Below are positions 49,989 through 62,452 of a DNA stretch of 64,000 nt, piece by piece. Positions within the stretch are counted from its first letter, which is position 1. The number at the start of each line of letters is the position of its first letter. The position numbers were made by a program, and so were the translations under genes. Source of the stretch: Okamejei kenojei (Eukaryota); the NCBI GenBank assembly GCA_035221665.1, contig CM069144.1:29078001-29142000 (forward strand), in the 5' to 3' direction. A model generated the notes under the pieces. That model saw only the letters and a list, made by a program, of their open reading frames with translations, had not been told where the DNA came from and did not search any database.

Positions 49989-51714
49989 CAACCCAATGAA
50001 AGATCAGTTGTCATTGGAATATAATGGAAATTTTAATCTAGTAATTAGCTGGAAACAGTAACAATTCATTTTCTGGATGAGATAGGATGAGTAGAATTCC
50101 TGGATTTGGATTCCATCATTGTACTATCCAGCCATGCTAGCTCAGGGTAACGCTACCTGTATTGCTGTTGTTGAAGGCTATCCAATTACTTCAAGAGTGG
50201 AACATTTTGCTGAGACATTGTGCTGCATGAATAGTAAGATTAAACGAGAACTTATCAGTTTGAAGTTTGATCTTTATTTTATGAGGAGTCGAGTTGAGGG
50301 ACTACGTGAATAGAAGCCCGTACAGCCGTTGGTGCGTCAATCTTCAAAGCAGCGGAATGAATTCACAGCTAACAATGACTGAAGTATAATGGTAAGATGA
50401 TAAAACTAGAACTACCAGATGAGATCTATGAGGGTGGGAGCGGAGGGTATTTGCAAGTTGGTATCTACCGTAAACAGCAACTGTGGCCCGATTTCCGAGC
50501 CATTCTTGCAAGACAATCTTGGTCCTTCTACTGAACCTGCCCAATTCTAACCTGCTTGGAAAGCTAGTATTGTCCATTTTACATGGTTAGACCCCTCAAA
50601 GTAGCTGATATTGTCTCAATCATTTGTAATGTATAACTAAGTGTACACCTTACCAAGCTGTAAGTGGTCCCTTAATTGCAGAGTAGCACAGGTACAGTGC
50701 GTGGAACCTCTGGCCAGCTTTCATGCTGCCACCAACTTCAGTGAACCGCTGCCGAAGAAGACGTGGGGTGCATTGTCGCCGAAACAATAAAACCTTGCTC
50801 GTTCCAATAGCTAGTGCTCCGTCCTCCAGGTTTCACCTATGGAAACATCTTACCTGAATAGAAGATTCGGCAGCCAACTGTAATGTCCCCCTGAGGGTGG
50901 TGTTCACTGCATATGTGTTTGGGATGGCAACTTTTCTGCCAGGCATAGACCTCTAACACATGCCCTACATCCCTTGGGCATGCTCTACGGCTATACCCTC
51001 AGACTCGGCGTCAACCAATCCCGCATGCTCTCCTCTTACATGAGGGAGCCATTAAGCAGCACGGTTACAAGGTGCTGCTGGCGCAGCTTCAGCAATACGC
51101 CGATTTTGCCATGGCCCCAGCGTCAGACTATTTCCCATTTAGGGCCATTAGCACCATTTTGCAATATAATTAAAGATTTACTTAACAACTACTGGAGCAC
51201 TAATGAATACTGTGTGTCCATCATTGTGACTTTATTAACTTCAGCTGGAGAAACAAGGTGTGTTAACAATGCCCTATATGGCACTTAATAGTTAACCATT
51301 TAACAAGATAACAGTTGTCCTACTTGCACAGCTGAATCGCATCTATACTATTAACAATTAATCTAATGACTAGAAAAGCTGTTTTATAACAACAAAACTG
51401 TTACCAGAGTCTATTGACTGCAATCTGTTGCCCAGGCCGGTGTCACGGCCAATTGAATACCTAAAAGTGAATCCCAATGTCCTACAAGTCTATTTAATAG
51501 AAACTTAATCTAACTGGATAGAGGAGCCCAATTTCTCAAATATAGTTTGAGACTTAACAGCGGATTTTAGCACATACATAACCAGTGTTTTTGAACTGTG
51601 AATAGTTCTCTTTGAGTGCTTTTTTGTCATCATTCTGTTATATTGCCTTATCATAGCAATGCCTCCTCATCCCCCATGATCACTGTAAATGGGAATATCC
51701 TACTAAACAGCTAT

Positions 51715-52165
51715 TCCCATAAAGCAGCCCTGAACAAGGTACCACTGGCGCCCATGAAGCAGCCCTGAACAAAGGTGCTACTTGCGCGGCCTTTCCCATA
51801 GGCCAGTATTTGCCATAGATTTGGCGTTCTCATGAAGCAGCCCTGAGCAAAGGTGCTGCTGGCATAACCTCTCCAATAGGCTAGCCTGCCATAACTTGGC
51901 ATTCCCCTGGAGCAGTCCTGAGCAAAGGTTCTGGCACCGCCTCAGCAATAGGCGTGCCTGCCATAGCTTGGCATCCCCATTAGCAGCCCTGAGCAAAAGT
52001 GCTGCTGGCACAGCCTCTCCAATAGGCAAGCCTGTCATAGCTTGGCACCCCCATGAGCAGTCCTGAGCATAGGTACTGCTGGCACAACCTTTCCCATAGG
52101 CTGGCACTGCCATAACTTGGCATCCCCATGAAGCAGCCCTACCCAAAGGTGCTGTTGGCATAAAC
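51715..52165. repeat. Minisatellite, ~65-bp unit, about 7 copies, inside the second DIRS element
   Basis: Repeated ataggc...tgccataacttggcatccccatgaagcagccctgagcaaaggtgctgctggca. Confidence 0.85.
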
Positions 52166-52394
52166 TTTACTGTTGACACGGCTCTCACATTAAGCCACAC
52201 TGACCCAATTCCTGCTGAAGGATTGTCTCTAACTTCATTCCCAGAGAGGAAACCTCCCAACATCTTTCCTAATTGTACTGACTATTTTTTGTCAGTTGTC
52301 CCCATATCCTAGGGATTATTATGGTTTGGGAACCCCATAGGTGAATTTCCCCTCCCCAGGAATCAATATCAATATATATATATATACATATGTG

Positions 52395-52660
52395 AGTTTA
52401 ACCCCATTTCCTGCGAACTACTGCGTTCTGGGAACCGCATATACTTGGGTTTCCCCTCCACCGGAACCCAGCCTAACCGTTTAGGTTAGTTTTAACCCCA
52501 TGTCCTAGGGACTACTGCGGTCTAGAACCACATATACTTGGGTTTCCCCTCCACTGGGAACCCAGGCTGACCGTTCAGGTCAGTTTAGCCCCATACCCTA
52601 GGGACTACTGCGGTCTGGAACCACACTATTCTCGGGTATCCCCTCCCCGGGAACCCAACG
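52395..52660. repeat. Tandem repeat, ~92-bp unit, about 3 copies, inside the second DIRS element
   Basis: Repeated aaccccat...actactgcggtctggaaccacatatacttgggtttcccctcc...ggaaccca. Confidence 0.85.
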
Positions 52661-54072
52661 TGTGGAATCACTGACCGCGTTATCAGTGTCTCCGATCACG
52701 AACCCGACATTCCCAGCTCTCTGCTTCCGTGGTTGGACCAGGGTTTTCCACAAAAACCCTAGGCTGGTTCCCTCGTCGGCCATCACGAACATCCCGCAAA
52801 AACCTCGGAGGTTCCTACAGGAGACCTGCAACAGGTAAGGAATAGCACTTACCTGAGGTTTTAGACTTACCGTTGGTGGAGCTGCGCAGCTCCACAGTCG
52901 TCTGCACGAAAATGTCTGACGCAATGAGAAGCATGAACGGCTGTATGGGTTCTTCACGTAGTCACTCACGTGACTCCGAAGTAAAATGACAACCTTTTAC
53001 CAGAACAAGGAGTGGTAATTTATGTTGACATTACAGGAAGATGATATTGCATGATGATTTACATTGTTAAGTGTGTATCTCATGTTAAAAATGTGTTAGC
53101 TTGGGTCTTGTTCAAAAGTGCAGAATCTAATTTCACAATTGATATGAAGGGATCCAAAAAGAGTTACTGAAAAACCAACGCTGTTCAATCTAAAATCTGG
53201 GCATGTTAGATCGACGTGGCTCCCTTTTTCATTCCAGTTTATATTATTGACCATCTCCTCAGTTCAAGGCACATATTCCTTTATATCTAGTTTGATTCGG
53301 CTACATAAATGAAAGCTTGCATTCAACCAAGTCTGTTCATTTTTAAGCTGACGATGTGCACCATAGTGTCTGCTTAGGTTTGCTGGATGGCAATATAATC
53401 ATTTTCACTTTTACAAATCTCAGTTAATAACATATCTTTATGTTATTTCTCAACAAGAAAATAGAAGAGGAGTGCATGCTTACTTTCAGTGACTGATGTA
53501 CAAAGATACCGAAGTCTTGTTGCACCTCCCCTTTTCATGGTTCCACTTCTCTCCCCCATCCCACACCCAACTTCACCAACCACACACCTCATCTGGAATC
53601 ATCAACAGAATGCCAGCACACCCACACTTACCAGGGCTGGATGCAGAGGGCTGATCTCAAAGTGACCTGGTCTATCAAGAGTTCTGATCTACAACTGAAC
53701 ATGACAACAAACTGTAGAGGCCTCATCCTCAGACTATCCCTGTCATTTAACAGGAAATATGCAAAGTGTGATTATCTTATTAATAATTAGTAAGAAATGG
53801 AATCAGCAGTAAAAATTGTGCCACACACAAACAATTAAGCAAATTGGTCCTCGGTCACCACCATTTTATAAGGCTTAAGAAGTGCAAACAATCCAAAAGA
53901 GTCACAGTGGACTGAAAACAGATTTTCAGTTTATGTTTAACTTAAAATCATGGATTAACTGACCCTCAGCCTTGCTGATGACTAGAAGTCTTGGAAGTAA
54001 ATAACATAAAGTATGGGACAGGAAGGGTGCTTACTTGATTTGCCCCAATAGTCTGCTTTACTGAGTATGAGT

Positions 54073-54294
54073 GTTTAAGAAGGAACTGCAGATACAGGAA
54101 AATCGAAGGTACACAAAAATGCTGGAGAAACTCAGCGGGTGCAGCAGCATCTATGGAGCGAAAGAAATAGGCAACGTTTCGTGCCGAAACCCTTCTTCAG
54201 ACTGAAGAAGGGTTTCGGCCCGAAACGTTGTATATTTCCTTTGTTTCATAAATGCTGCTGCACCTGCTGAGTTTCTCCAGCATTTTTGTGTACC
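54073..54294. mobile_element. Penelope-type fold-back element with 15-bp TSD and hammerhead-like cores on both strands
   Basis: ttactgagtatgagt at 54058-54072 and 54295-54309; ~90-bp inverted arms centred on cttcttcag-a-ctgaagaag. Confidence 0.88.
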
Positions 54295-54799
54295 TTACTG
54301 AGTATGAGTATCAGCAAGTATGTTGTAATGCAACAAATGGAAAATGTTGTGCAACGGCAACAGAAAACAATCCTAATATTTATTTTATCAACACTTTGTA
54401 CACTTATGTTAACTGAATCGCATCTGCCCTGGTGGCAGACCTCTTGGCAGATGCCAGCTTCTGCACCTGGCTCCTCATGAGTCTGAGCATGTCGATCATC
54501 ATCATTGTTGCGCCTTACAATGCTATGTAGGCCAGTGGGCGCAACTTCTACTGAAGTGTAGATGACCGTTGGCTCGCTAGGAGCTCATCCACCCTTTGAC
54601 AGGTTTTGACAATGAACCTCATGAGTTGCTTGATGAGCCACATGAATCTCTGCATCACATTCTACTGATGCATGGTCTTTCAGAAGTTCCATATAAAGAG
54701 CACTGAGTTGGTGACTAATGCACTTTCCTTTCTCTATGTCATTAAAACTAAAATCATATTTGAAATCAATCTGCTGCACATTTTCTGTCGTTTAGTTGA

Positions 54800-55110
54800 G
54801 ATTAGTTTGGTTTAGTTTAGTTTAGCGTGGAAACAGGCTCTTCGGCCCACCGAGTCCACAGTGACCAATGATCATCCATATCATCCATACACTCGTTCTA
54901 CCATGCAAACTAGGAACAATTTACCGAAGCAATTAACCTACAAACCTGCACACCTTTGGAATGTGGGAGGAAGCTGGAGCAGCTGGAGAAAACATACACG
55001 GTCACGGGGAGAACGTACAAACTCTGCACAGACTGCACTCGCAGTCAGGATCGAATCTGGGTCTCTGGCGCTGTAAGGCAGCAACTCTACTTCTGCGCCA
55101 CCATGCCACC
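54800..55110 (-). mobile_element. tRNA-derived SINE, near full length
   Basis: (GTTTA)n tail and reverse-complement core and head of the family at 1775. Confidence 0.8.
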
Positions 55111-55879
55111 CCTACCCTTGGATTCTTTAAGGTCTCCTCAGTGCAGAGAAAAGATAGACACCACTTGTCAATTATACAGAATAATCTTTCTCATAACATG
55201 ATGTGAAACCTGTTGAGCAACCCCAGCATCCTCTACTCATGTCACAACAAGCCATTTCTGAGGGTGGGGAATACTGGAGGTACTCAGCAGATCATGTGGT
55301 ACCTATGGCGATGAGGAATGGATGGTGCATGCTGGGGAAGGTTCCACGATGTGGGTAATTTCTCTCCATACAGATACAGTACCTCCCAGTCTGTTAAACA
55401 CTTCCAGTATTTTCAGTTTTTGTTTCAGAATTCTAGCATCTTCAATGTTTTGCTTGTCAGTACCCAGCCATTTCTGAGGTTTCTTTCTCCACTGACTCCA
55501 CTTTCTCCATTGCTTCATCTGCCAGGCTTTCCTACCATTCTTCTTTACTTCTGATTTCCAGTAATTGTGTTCTGTATTTCACAATTTCAGGAGTGTTTAC
55601 TTGTTTTGTTTTTCTGTACTCCCTCTCCTTGTACAATCTCCAGACACGTCAGCTGCCATTAACAAGTTCTCACCAAGCTCTCTCAGCTATCATCAATCTG
55701 TGCTATATATTTTCTTATGGTCTACATCCTATCAGAGACATTTTATTTGCTACCCTTACACCCTTTCAGTTTTGCAGGTTCTTTATAAAGGAAATAATGA
55801 ATGGAATTGACTTCCAGGCAAATAATTAATTGTCATACTTTGGATAAGTCATAGGTCAGTATTAATGCTGCTTCAGGCC

Positions 55880-56742
55880 CCAACTAATTGTGTGCATTTC
55901 TAGCTGCTGTATTTGGGAAGGAAATTATTGAACTGGAAAGAGGACTGAGGAGATTTGTCAGGAGTTTGGGATGAAGCTTACAATTATGAGATAGACTGAA
56001 GAGGCTGGTTTGTTTACCTTGGAGTGGAGAGAAGCTGAAGGGTGACCTAATACAAAATAATGATCATTGATAGGGTGGAGAATGGGAATCTTTTCCCCAC
56101 AATAGATGTCAAAGGCCAGAGGGCTTAGGTAGATTGTGGTAGAAGGATGATATTCAGGCTGGAAGTCTGTAACCAGTGGAGTTTCGTAGGAATATGTGCG
56201 GGACCTCTACTGTTTGAGATATATATAAATGTCTTGGAAGTAAACAAAAATGGGTTCGTTAGTAAGTTTGAAGATAACACCAAGAATGCTGGGGTTGTAA
56301 ACTGTGAGGACGGCTGTGAAAATATACAATGGGACATAGTTCCGCTTCCAAAATGAGCAGATAAATGGCTGATGGAGTTTAATCCGAGCAGGCAGGTATT
56401 CCACTTTGGGAGTTAAAATGTAAGGAGAAAATATCCAATTAATGGCATGACACTCCCAGCTTTGATGTACAGAGGGAACTTGGGGTCCAAATCCATAACT
56501 CCCTGAAAGTGGCAACATAAGCTGACTCGGACCAATCCTCTTACTGCACTCCAAATGTGCTGCTATTACATCTTTAATAATTGTCTCCAGCATCTTCCCC
56601 ACCACCGAGGTCAGGCTAACTGGTCTATAATTCCCTGCTTTCTCTCTCCCTCCTTTCTTAAAAAGTGGGATAACATTAGCTGCGCTCCAATCCACAGGAT
56701 CTGAACCAGTATCTGTAAAATATTGGAAAATGATCACCATCA
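55880..56742. mobile_element. Mosaic of CR1 fragments in both orientations
   Basis: + strand GPLLFEIYIN...SKFEDNTK; - strand DWSAANVIPLFKKGGREKAGNYRPVSLTSVVGKMLE. Confidence 0.8.
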
Positions 56743-57469
56743 TATATGTGTGAACTCTCAGGACCAGACGTCAACTTTCAGATCCAAACTTGAATACTTC
56801 CAGTTACACACTTTATAATATAAATAATACTTAAAAGATCCTCACTATAATAAGAAAATAAATAATTAACATGACTGTGACAAGCCTTGCAAAAGAACAA
56901 AAAATAAAATCAAAAAAAGCTTTTATCACAGGTTGCTGCAACTTTCTAGTTGCCACAAGGTCAATATATTCTCAATAAATATTGCAAAACCAGACACCAT
57001 GGAAGCTGCAATGTAAATATTTAATAATCGACTGAAACCATGATTCACTTTGCCCCATATGTTGATTAAAGTTTTAGAATTTTCTTTCACAAAGTGATTT
57101 TTTATTTAGTTTCTGACAATGGTGGAAGGTGAATCAAGTTTTTTAGTAATGTAATAAGTTTCCAGTTCAAATTAGCATAATTTTAGAAGTAAGATATAGG
57201 AATGACCTAATTTTGTAATTGCTTGAAGAGGCAGACAAGGATTTTTTTTCTATTCAGTTAATCATTTTAATATAAACTATAATTTCTGATGGATAAACCT
57301 TTTAGCTGCCATTGGTAGGAGATTCATGAATATTTTTTTAAAAAGTGCTTTTAAAAATTCATTACAAATTCTATTATTGTAGCACTTATCAAAAGACACC
57401 AGGTTCGCACTTATAAATTATGTGTTCCATGGACATTCCTGAGAATCCCACTTAGGGATAAGATAGAGA

Positions 57470-58130
57470 AGAAGAAAGCAGGAGCTGCAGATGTTGGAAT
57501 TGTGAGCCAAACACAAAGTGCGGGAGAACTCAATGGGTTAGGCAGCATCTATGAAAGGAACAGATAGGCAACATTTCGGGTCAGGACCGTTCTTCAGACT
57601 GATAGTAGTAGTGGAGAAAGCTGGACAAAAGTCCAGGGCGGGACATAGACAGGCAAGTGATAGATGGGGTTTTGACCCAAAACATCACCCATTCCTTCTA
57701 CCCAGAGATGCTTCCTGTCCCGGTGAGTTACTCAAGCTTTTTGTGTCTATCAACTGATAGATGAATACAGGTGAAGGGGATATTTGAGTGGTAGATGAAT
57801 GGACAAAGGCTAGAGACGAAAAAGAGAAAAAAAAGGGTATCAGATCAGGAGTGAATATGAGTGAAATGTAAAGACAGAGGGAGGGATATATGTGGGAGGA
57901 GATGGAGGGCTAAGAAGGGTGGGATAATGGGAGAAACAAGTGTGCTCAGGGTGGGGGTGGGAGAAGGAGGGTGTTGTTTAAAATTGGAGAATTCAATGTT
58001 CATACGGTTGGGTTGTAAGCTACCCATGTGGAATATGAGGTGCTGCTCTTTTAGTTTGTGTGTGCCCTCACTCTGACAACGGAGGAGGGCCAGGTCAGAA
58101 AGGTCATTATGGGGATGGGAAGGGGTGTCC
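57470..58130 (-). mobile_element. Penelope-like element 3' fragment (GIY-YIG endonuclease C-terminus + terminal repeat)
   Basis: LKEQHLIFHMGSLQPNRMNIEFSNF followed by a terminal region with ctgaagaacggtcctgacccgaaatgttgcc and an inverted partial copy. Confidence 0.75.
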
Positions 58131-58829
58131 CCACCATTTACAAATGAGAAAGCCAAGAAATGTGAGTACAGAGAAGAGGAACACGAGATGGCAACAAAAA
58201 TAAGTGAGGAAGAAACCAACAAGAAGAGAGTGCGAAAAATCAAATTATTATATCTGACAGAATTTTTTTTAAATAGAAATAATTAAATAAATAATTTACC
58301 AGAAATATTTAGATTAAATGAGGAAGATAAAGATGAAAATCAACAAACAAAACAGAAAAATAGCAACGTTTAGCTACATGATAGGTAACAAAACAGTACA
58401 GTGATAGAACCAATCCCCACAAAATAATATTAGAAATACCTTTATGTGGTATATTTAAAGAACATTGTCCCATCACAATTCATAACATCAGAGCACAGAA
58501 ATTATATAACTTTTTTATTTAATGGTGGAGTCATGATGCTTATTTTACAAGATATGTATTTTACAAGATGAAGAAACTGTGAAAACTCTGATATTGTAAA
58601 AATGTGATTTTGGTTTGCACATCCAAATCTAAAGTTAAAATTCAGTGAATACCTCAATTAAGTAACTAATGAAACAGGTAAATATGGAAACCTGTAACTT
58701 TGAGAAAAGCTGGTAAAATTAAACAAATAAAAACCTCTCAGTGCCATGAAAATAATTTATACTACAAGATGGATGGAATACTGCAAACCAACTGATGCAA
58801 AATAACTTTTCTGATTTCTTGGACAATGC

Positions 58830-59080
58830 TGTTATTGTGACCTTGCTACCTTCAAGAGGAGGTCAAATACTTTTTGGGCTTCTCTGAGTTTGGACTCTGT
58901 TCCCATTTCTGTAATCCTTCTGCATCAAACAAAGATTAGTTAATTTAATTAGATGTGGGGTGAGTTTAGATAGATCCTCTGGTGAAATATAATCCAAACA
59001 AGTCAACATGGGCCTTATCTCTCATTCTGCACACATAGCAATTTTTAGGCACTATAAAAGGTGGGGAGGGAGCACAAACG
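58830..59080 (+). promoter_or_regulatory. Transferrin promoter with TATA box
   Basis: TATAAAA at 59053-59059, about 105 bp upstream of the ATG. Upstream motifs: GATA (cttatct, ~59014), HNF1-like gttaat (58939), forkhead-like aaacaaa (58927) and nuclear-receptor half-sites (tgacct 58838, aggtca 58860). Confidence 0.6.
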
Positions 59081-59159
59081 TTCTGTCTCAAACTGCTCAC
59101 AGCAGGTTTGTGAAAAAGTCACACAACTCCTCTATTCCGTCCATCTAAAGTGTGGCAAG

Positions 59160-59199
59160 ATGAATTTGCTCTTCACTGTTGTAGTCTCTGGACTTATTT
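59160..59199 (+). CDS. TF: Transferrin exon 1 (signal peptide)
   Basis: gcaagATG encodes MNLLFTVVVSGLI plus 1 nt, then donor |gtgagt; the phase-1 junction joins exon 2 in frame. Confidence 0.8.
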
Positions 59200-59585
59200 G
59201 TGAGTATTAAACATTGGTTTTGAAGGAATTAATCTGAAAGTATTATTCAATTATATCGTTCTTTGTTGGACATGTTTTAAAAAAAAAATCATCTTTTTAA
59301 ACAAACTTTTGTTTCAAGTAGCATAGAATCAAAAATGTGTAGGATTTTCTTTTTGATTATAGAAGATTTATTGAAAATGTTGTGGGAATTTTAGAAATAG
59401 CATTAACTATAAATTGACAAATCAAAAGTGTATCAGAAAGATGAATGATGGAAAAAATACAATAATTAAATCATGGCCTTTTTTCTATAGGTGTAAAATA
59501 GGCTTTAATTCCCTTATATAACTTTGACTGATCGTGTTAATCTTAATGCAGTGACATAATCAGAAACTGATATTTATTCAGTGCC

Positions 59586-59812
59586 GTGTTAAAGAAGGAA
59601 TTGCAGATGCTGGAGAATCGAGAGTACACAAAAGGCTGGAGAAACTCAGCGGGTGCAGCAGCATCTAAGGAGCAAAGAAGATAGGCGACGTTTCGGGTCA
59701 AGACTCTTCTTTAGACGGTCTGAAGAAGGGTCTCGACCCGAAACGTCGCCTATCTCCTTCGCTCCTTAGATGCTGCTGCACCCGCTGAGTTTCTCCAGCC
59801 TTTTGTGTACCC
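59586..59812. mobile_element. Penelope-type fold-back element with 13-bp TSD in transferrin intron 1
   Basis: tttattcagtgcc at 59573-59585 and 59813-59825; long inverted arms. Confidence 0.88.
59717..59750 (+). ncRNA. Candidate minimal type I hammerhead ribozyme
   Basis: ggt-CTGAAGA-a-gggt(ctcg)accc-GAAA-cg-TC-gcc. The core is complete, stem II has 4-5 bp, stem III is the palindromic ACGT (dimer type) and stem I has only 3 bp. Activity is untested. Confidence 0.5.
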
Positions 59813-61036
59813 TTTATTCAGTGCCAATATCTTCTCATTCTCAGCAAAAAATGTTGAATACACCCAAGACACATTGATGGACAAAATTGATATTATTTCA
59901 TAATAATTGTAAAACTGCCTTTTTGTTGCAGTTGCTGTCACAGGAGACTTTCAGCTGCCACAATTTGCTGTGTTTCATTGCTACTTGACATTTGCCATCT
60001 CATAGTGAGGACCTATGACCTAAGAATAAAAATAAGTAATCCCTCATTTGCACTGCAGCAAATAAGAAGTAATCTTGTGTGAATCAGAAGTTGGTTAGAT
60101 AACAGATCTTGCCATAAATAATGTATAGGATGGAACTGCAGATGCTGGTTTAAACCAAAGCTATAAATAATAGTGTGGCCAAGTAGAACAGATATATTTC
60201 ATGGAAAATTAGGAGGTGTGTGAGGAAACACTGGATAGTAGGTTATGAGGAGACATGGGAAGATTGGAGGAAGATCCTATGAATCATAAACACCAACTGA
60301 ATTGAATTAATTATTTTGTGCCATGAATTATAAGTAATTCTCAGCTAACACCAGTTTCTGCATATTTTCTGAAAAAAGAATGGAATACAAACCAATATAT
60401 TAAAATTATTTATTTTTCGGAAAATAGTTTTGGCCTTTTATCAGGTCTCAACTTCTGAAGGAGTTTATTTAATTTGTTACAAGACTCCGAGCCACCGATT
60501 GTTGCATAGCAACCAAGTGAATTTACATTATAACTTAATATTTATAGTCCATTTACAGAAGCTGTAAAAATATCCTATCTGAGCCACTACTAAAGGGATA
60601 CTGGACTCTGGATAAATACCAAGAGCTTTCAGTTGACATGATGATGCAGAGCTGGTACAGGAACTACATTTCCAAATCAGACTGATCTAAAATTGATATT
60701 GAAAACACATCATTTTTGCAAAATACCAACAAGATTGGCTCGGTAGATGAACAGTTACTGCTGAATATGATATTCTTTTTCATATAGCTAAATAAAACTT
60801 TCCAACACAAATTAATGTCTTAACATGTGAAGAACTGGGTTAGTCTTATATTACCATAGTGGCCTCAGGCAGGCTTAGTTCCTAGAAAAGCTAATGTCGT
60901 CTAACATGTTGCAGGCTGAAATAACAGCATAACCCCCCCCCCCCCCCCCCCCCCCCCCCATAATATTTCCAATCCAAGGATCGATAGACTTTTATGTATA
61001 ATTGATGTATGACCAACCTTCATTTCTTCTCTTTAG

Positions 61037-61194
61037 CACTTTCATTTGCTGCTGAAGTTCCTATCAAGTGGTGTGTCATTAGTAGTGCGGAATTGGCAAA
61101 ATGCAACAGATTGAAAAAAGCAATGGAAACAGAAGGTTTCTCATTTGAATGTGTAAAGAAGAAAGATGTTAAAGAGTGTATGACAGCCATCAAG
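61037..61194 (+). CDS. TF: Transferrin exon 2 (start of N-lobe)
   Basis: ctctttag|CA...AAG|gtggga; encodes LSFAAEVPIKWCVISSAELAKCNRLKKAMETEGFSFECVKKKDVKECMTAIK, the transferrin WC...KC...CV...C..AI pattern. Confidence 0.88.
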
Positions 61195-61454
61195 GTGGGA
61201 ACTTTTTTCATTCTGTTTTGATCCAATTATTTCATAACTGAGTTGTCAAGCTGTACTAGACAACAAACTAGACATGTCTAAGTAAATAGATGTATTAATA
61301 GTAATCATTAGGCTTTCAACATGTAACTTGACAAATTTTGTTATGGAGGTCCTGCTTTCTAATTTGACTAGATAAACTCATGGCAGCCATACTTTAGGTA
61401 GTAGCAGAAAACAACGAATCACCTCACACTAACACAGTTGGCACATAAAGATTG

Positions 61455-61832
61455 TGTAGGAACAAACTGCAGATGCTGGTTTAAATTGAAGGTAGACACA
61501 AAATGCTGGAGTAACTCAGCGGGTCAGGCAGCATCTCTGGAGAGAAGGAATGGGTGACGTTTTGGGTTGAGACCCTTCTTCAGACTGATGTCAGGGGAGG
61601 GGGCAAGACAAAGATAGAATTTAGTCGGAGACAGTAAGACTAGTGGGAGAACTGGGCAGGGGGAGGGGAATGAGAGAGAAAGCAAGGGCTATCTGAAGGT
61701 AGAGAAGTCAATGTTCATACCGCTGGGGTGTAAACTACCCAAGCAAAATATGAGGTACTGTTCCTCCAATTTGCACTGGGCCTCACTATGACAATGGAGG
61801 AGGTCTAGGACAGAAAGGTCAGATTGGGAATG
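61455..61832 (-). mobile_element. Penelope-like element 3' fragment
   Basis: KLEEQYLIFCLGSLHPSGMNIDFS on the minus strand, followed by ctgaagaagggtctcaacccaaaacgtcaccc and terminal repeat. Confidence 0.78.
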
Positions 61833-61869
<37 letters not shown>

Positions 61870-62084
61870 GATGATAAAGGTCGTTATTTTTCTTTTGATG
61901 ACAAAGAAGGAAAAGAAAATGAAAAATTAGGACTTAGGGCACACATCAGATGACTAGCTCACGATGAACCAGGCTGAATAAATTAATCTAAGAGTGGAAG
62001 TGGAAAGGAAAAGGCAAAGAGACATCCAGAGAGATTGTTGAGACTGGTGGTAACATGAAAATAAGTGGGAGGACTTGGAGCGCA

Positions 62085-62452
62085 GGCAAGTAAGAGGTGA
62101 TCTTTTAGAGTTGTACAAGATCATGAGAAGAATAGATGGGGTGAATGCACAGAGTCATTTGCCCAGATTGGGGGAATAGGCAAGCAGAGGATGTACGTTT
62201 AATGTGAGGGGCTGAAAGATTTAATGGGAAACTGAGGAACAACAGGTGTATGGAACACGCTGCTGGTGGAAGTCGTTGAGGCACGTACTATCATAAAGTT
62301 TAATTAACATTTAGACAGGTACATGGATTGGATAGGTTTAGAGGAATATGATCCATAGGCTAGTAGGACTAGTGAAGACAGGGCATGTTGGTCGGCATGG
62401 GCAAGTTGGGCCAAAGGGCCTTTATCCATGTTCTGTGATTCTATGACTCTAG
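62085..62452 (+). mobile_element. CR1 LINE 3' fragment
   Basis: agaggtgatcttttagagttgtacaagatcatg...gggccaaagggcc...ctatgactcta tail. Confidence 0.7.

Larger units (their letters stand above)
50230..52987 (-). mobile_element. Second DIRS1-family element, internally deleted and non-autonomous
   Basis: 52951-52987 is the reverse complement of the left end at 37872; 50230-50448 is the reverse complement of the right end at 42485-42710; no ICR or YR found. Confidence 0.85.

Noticed and set aside
51715-52660. CRISPR-like repeated units
   Set aside because: They are contiguous degenerate tandem units without unique spacers or cas genes, in a vertebrate TE context.
54490-54790. Possible pseudogene or exon fragment (ORF 54585-54779)
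   Set aside because: No recognisable homology or consistent exon structure.
59080-59159. Iron-responsive element in the transferrin 5' UTR
   Set aside because: No CAGUGN loop hairpin is present.
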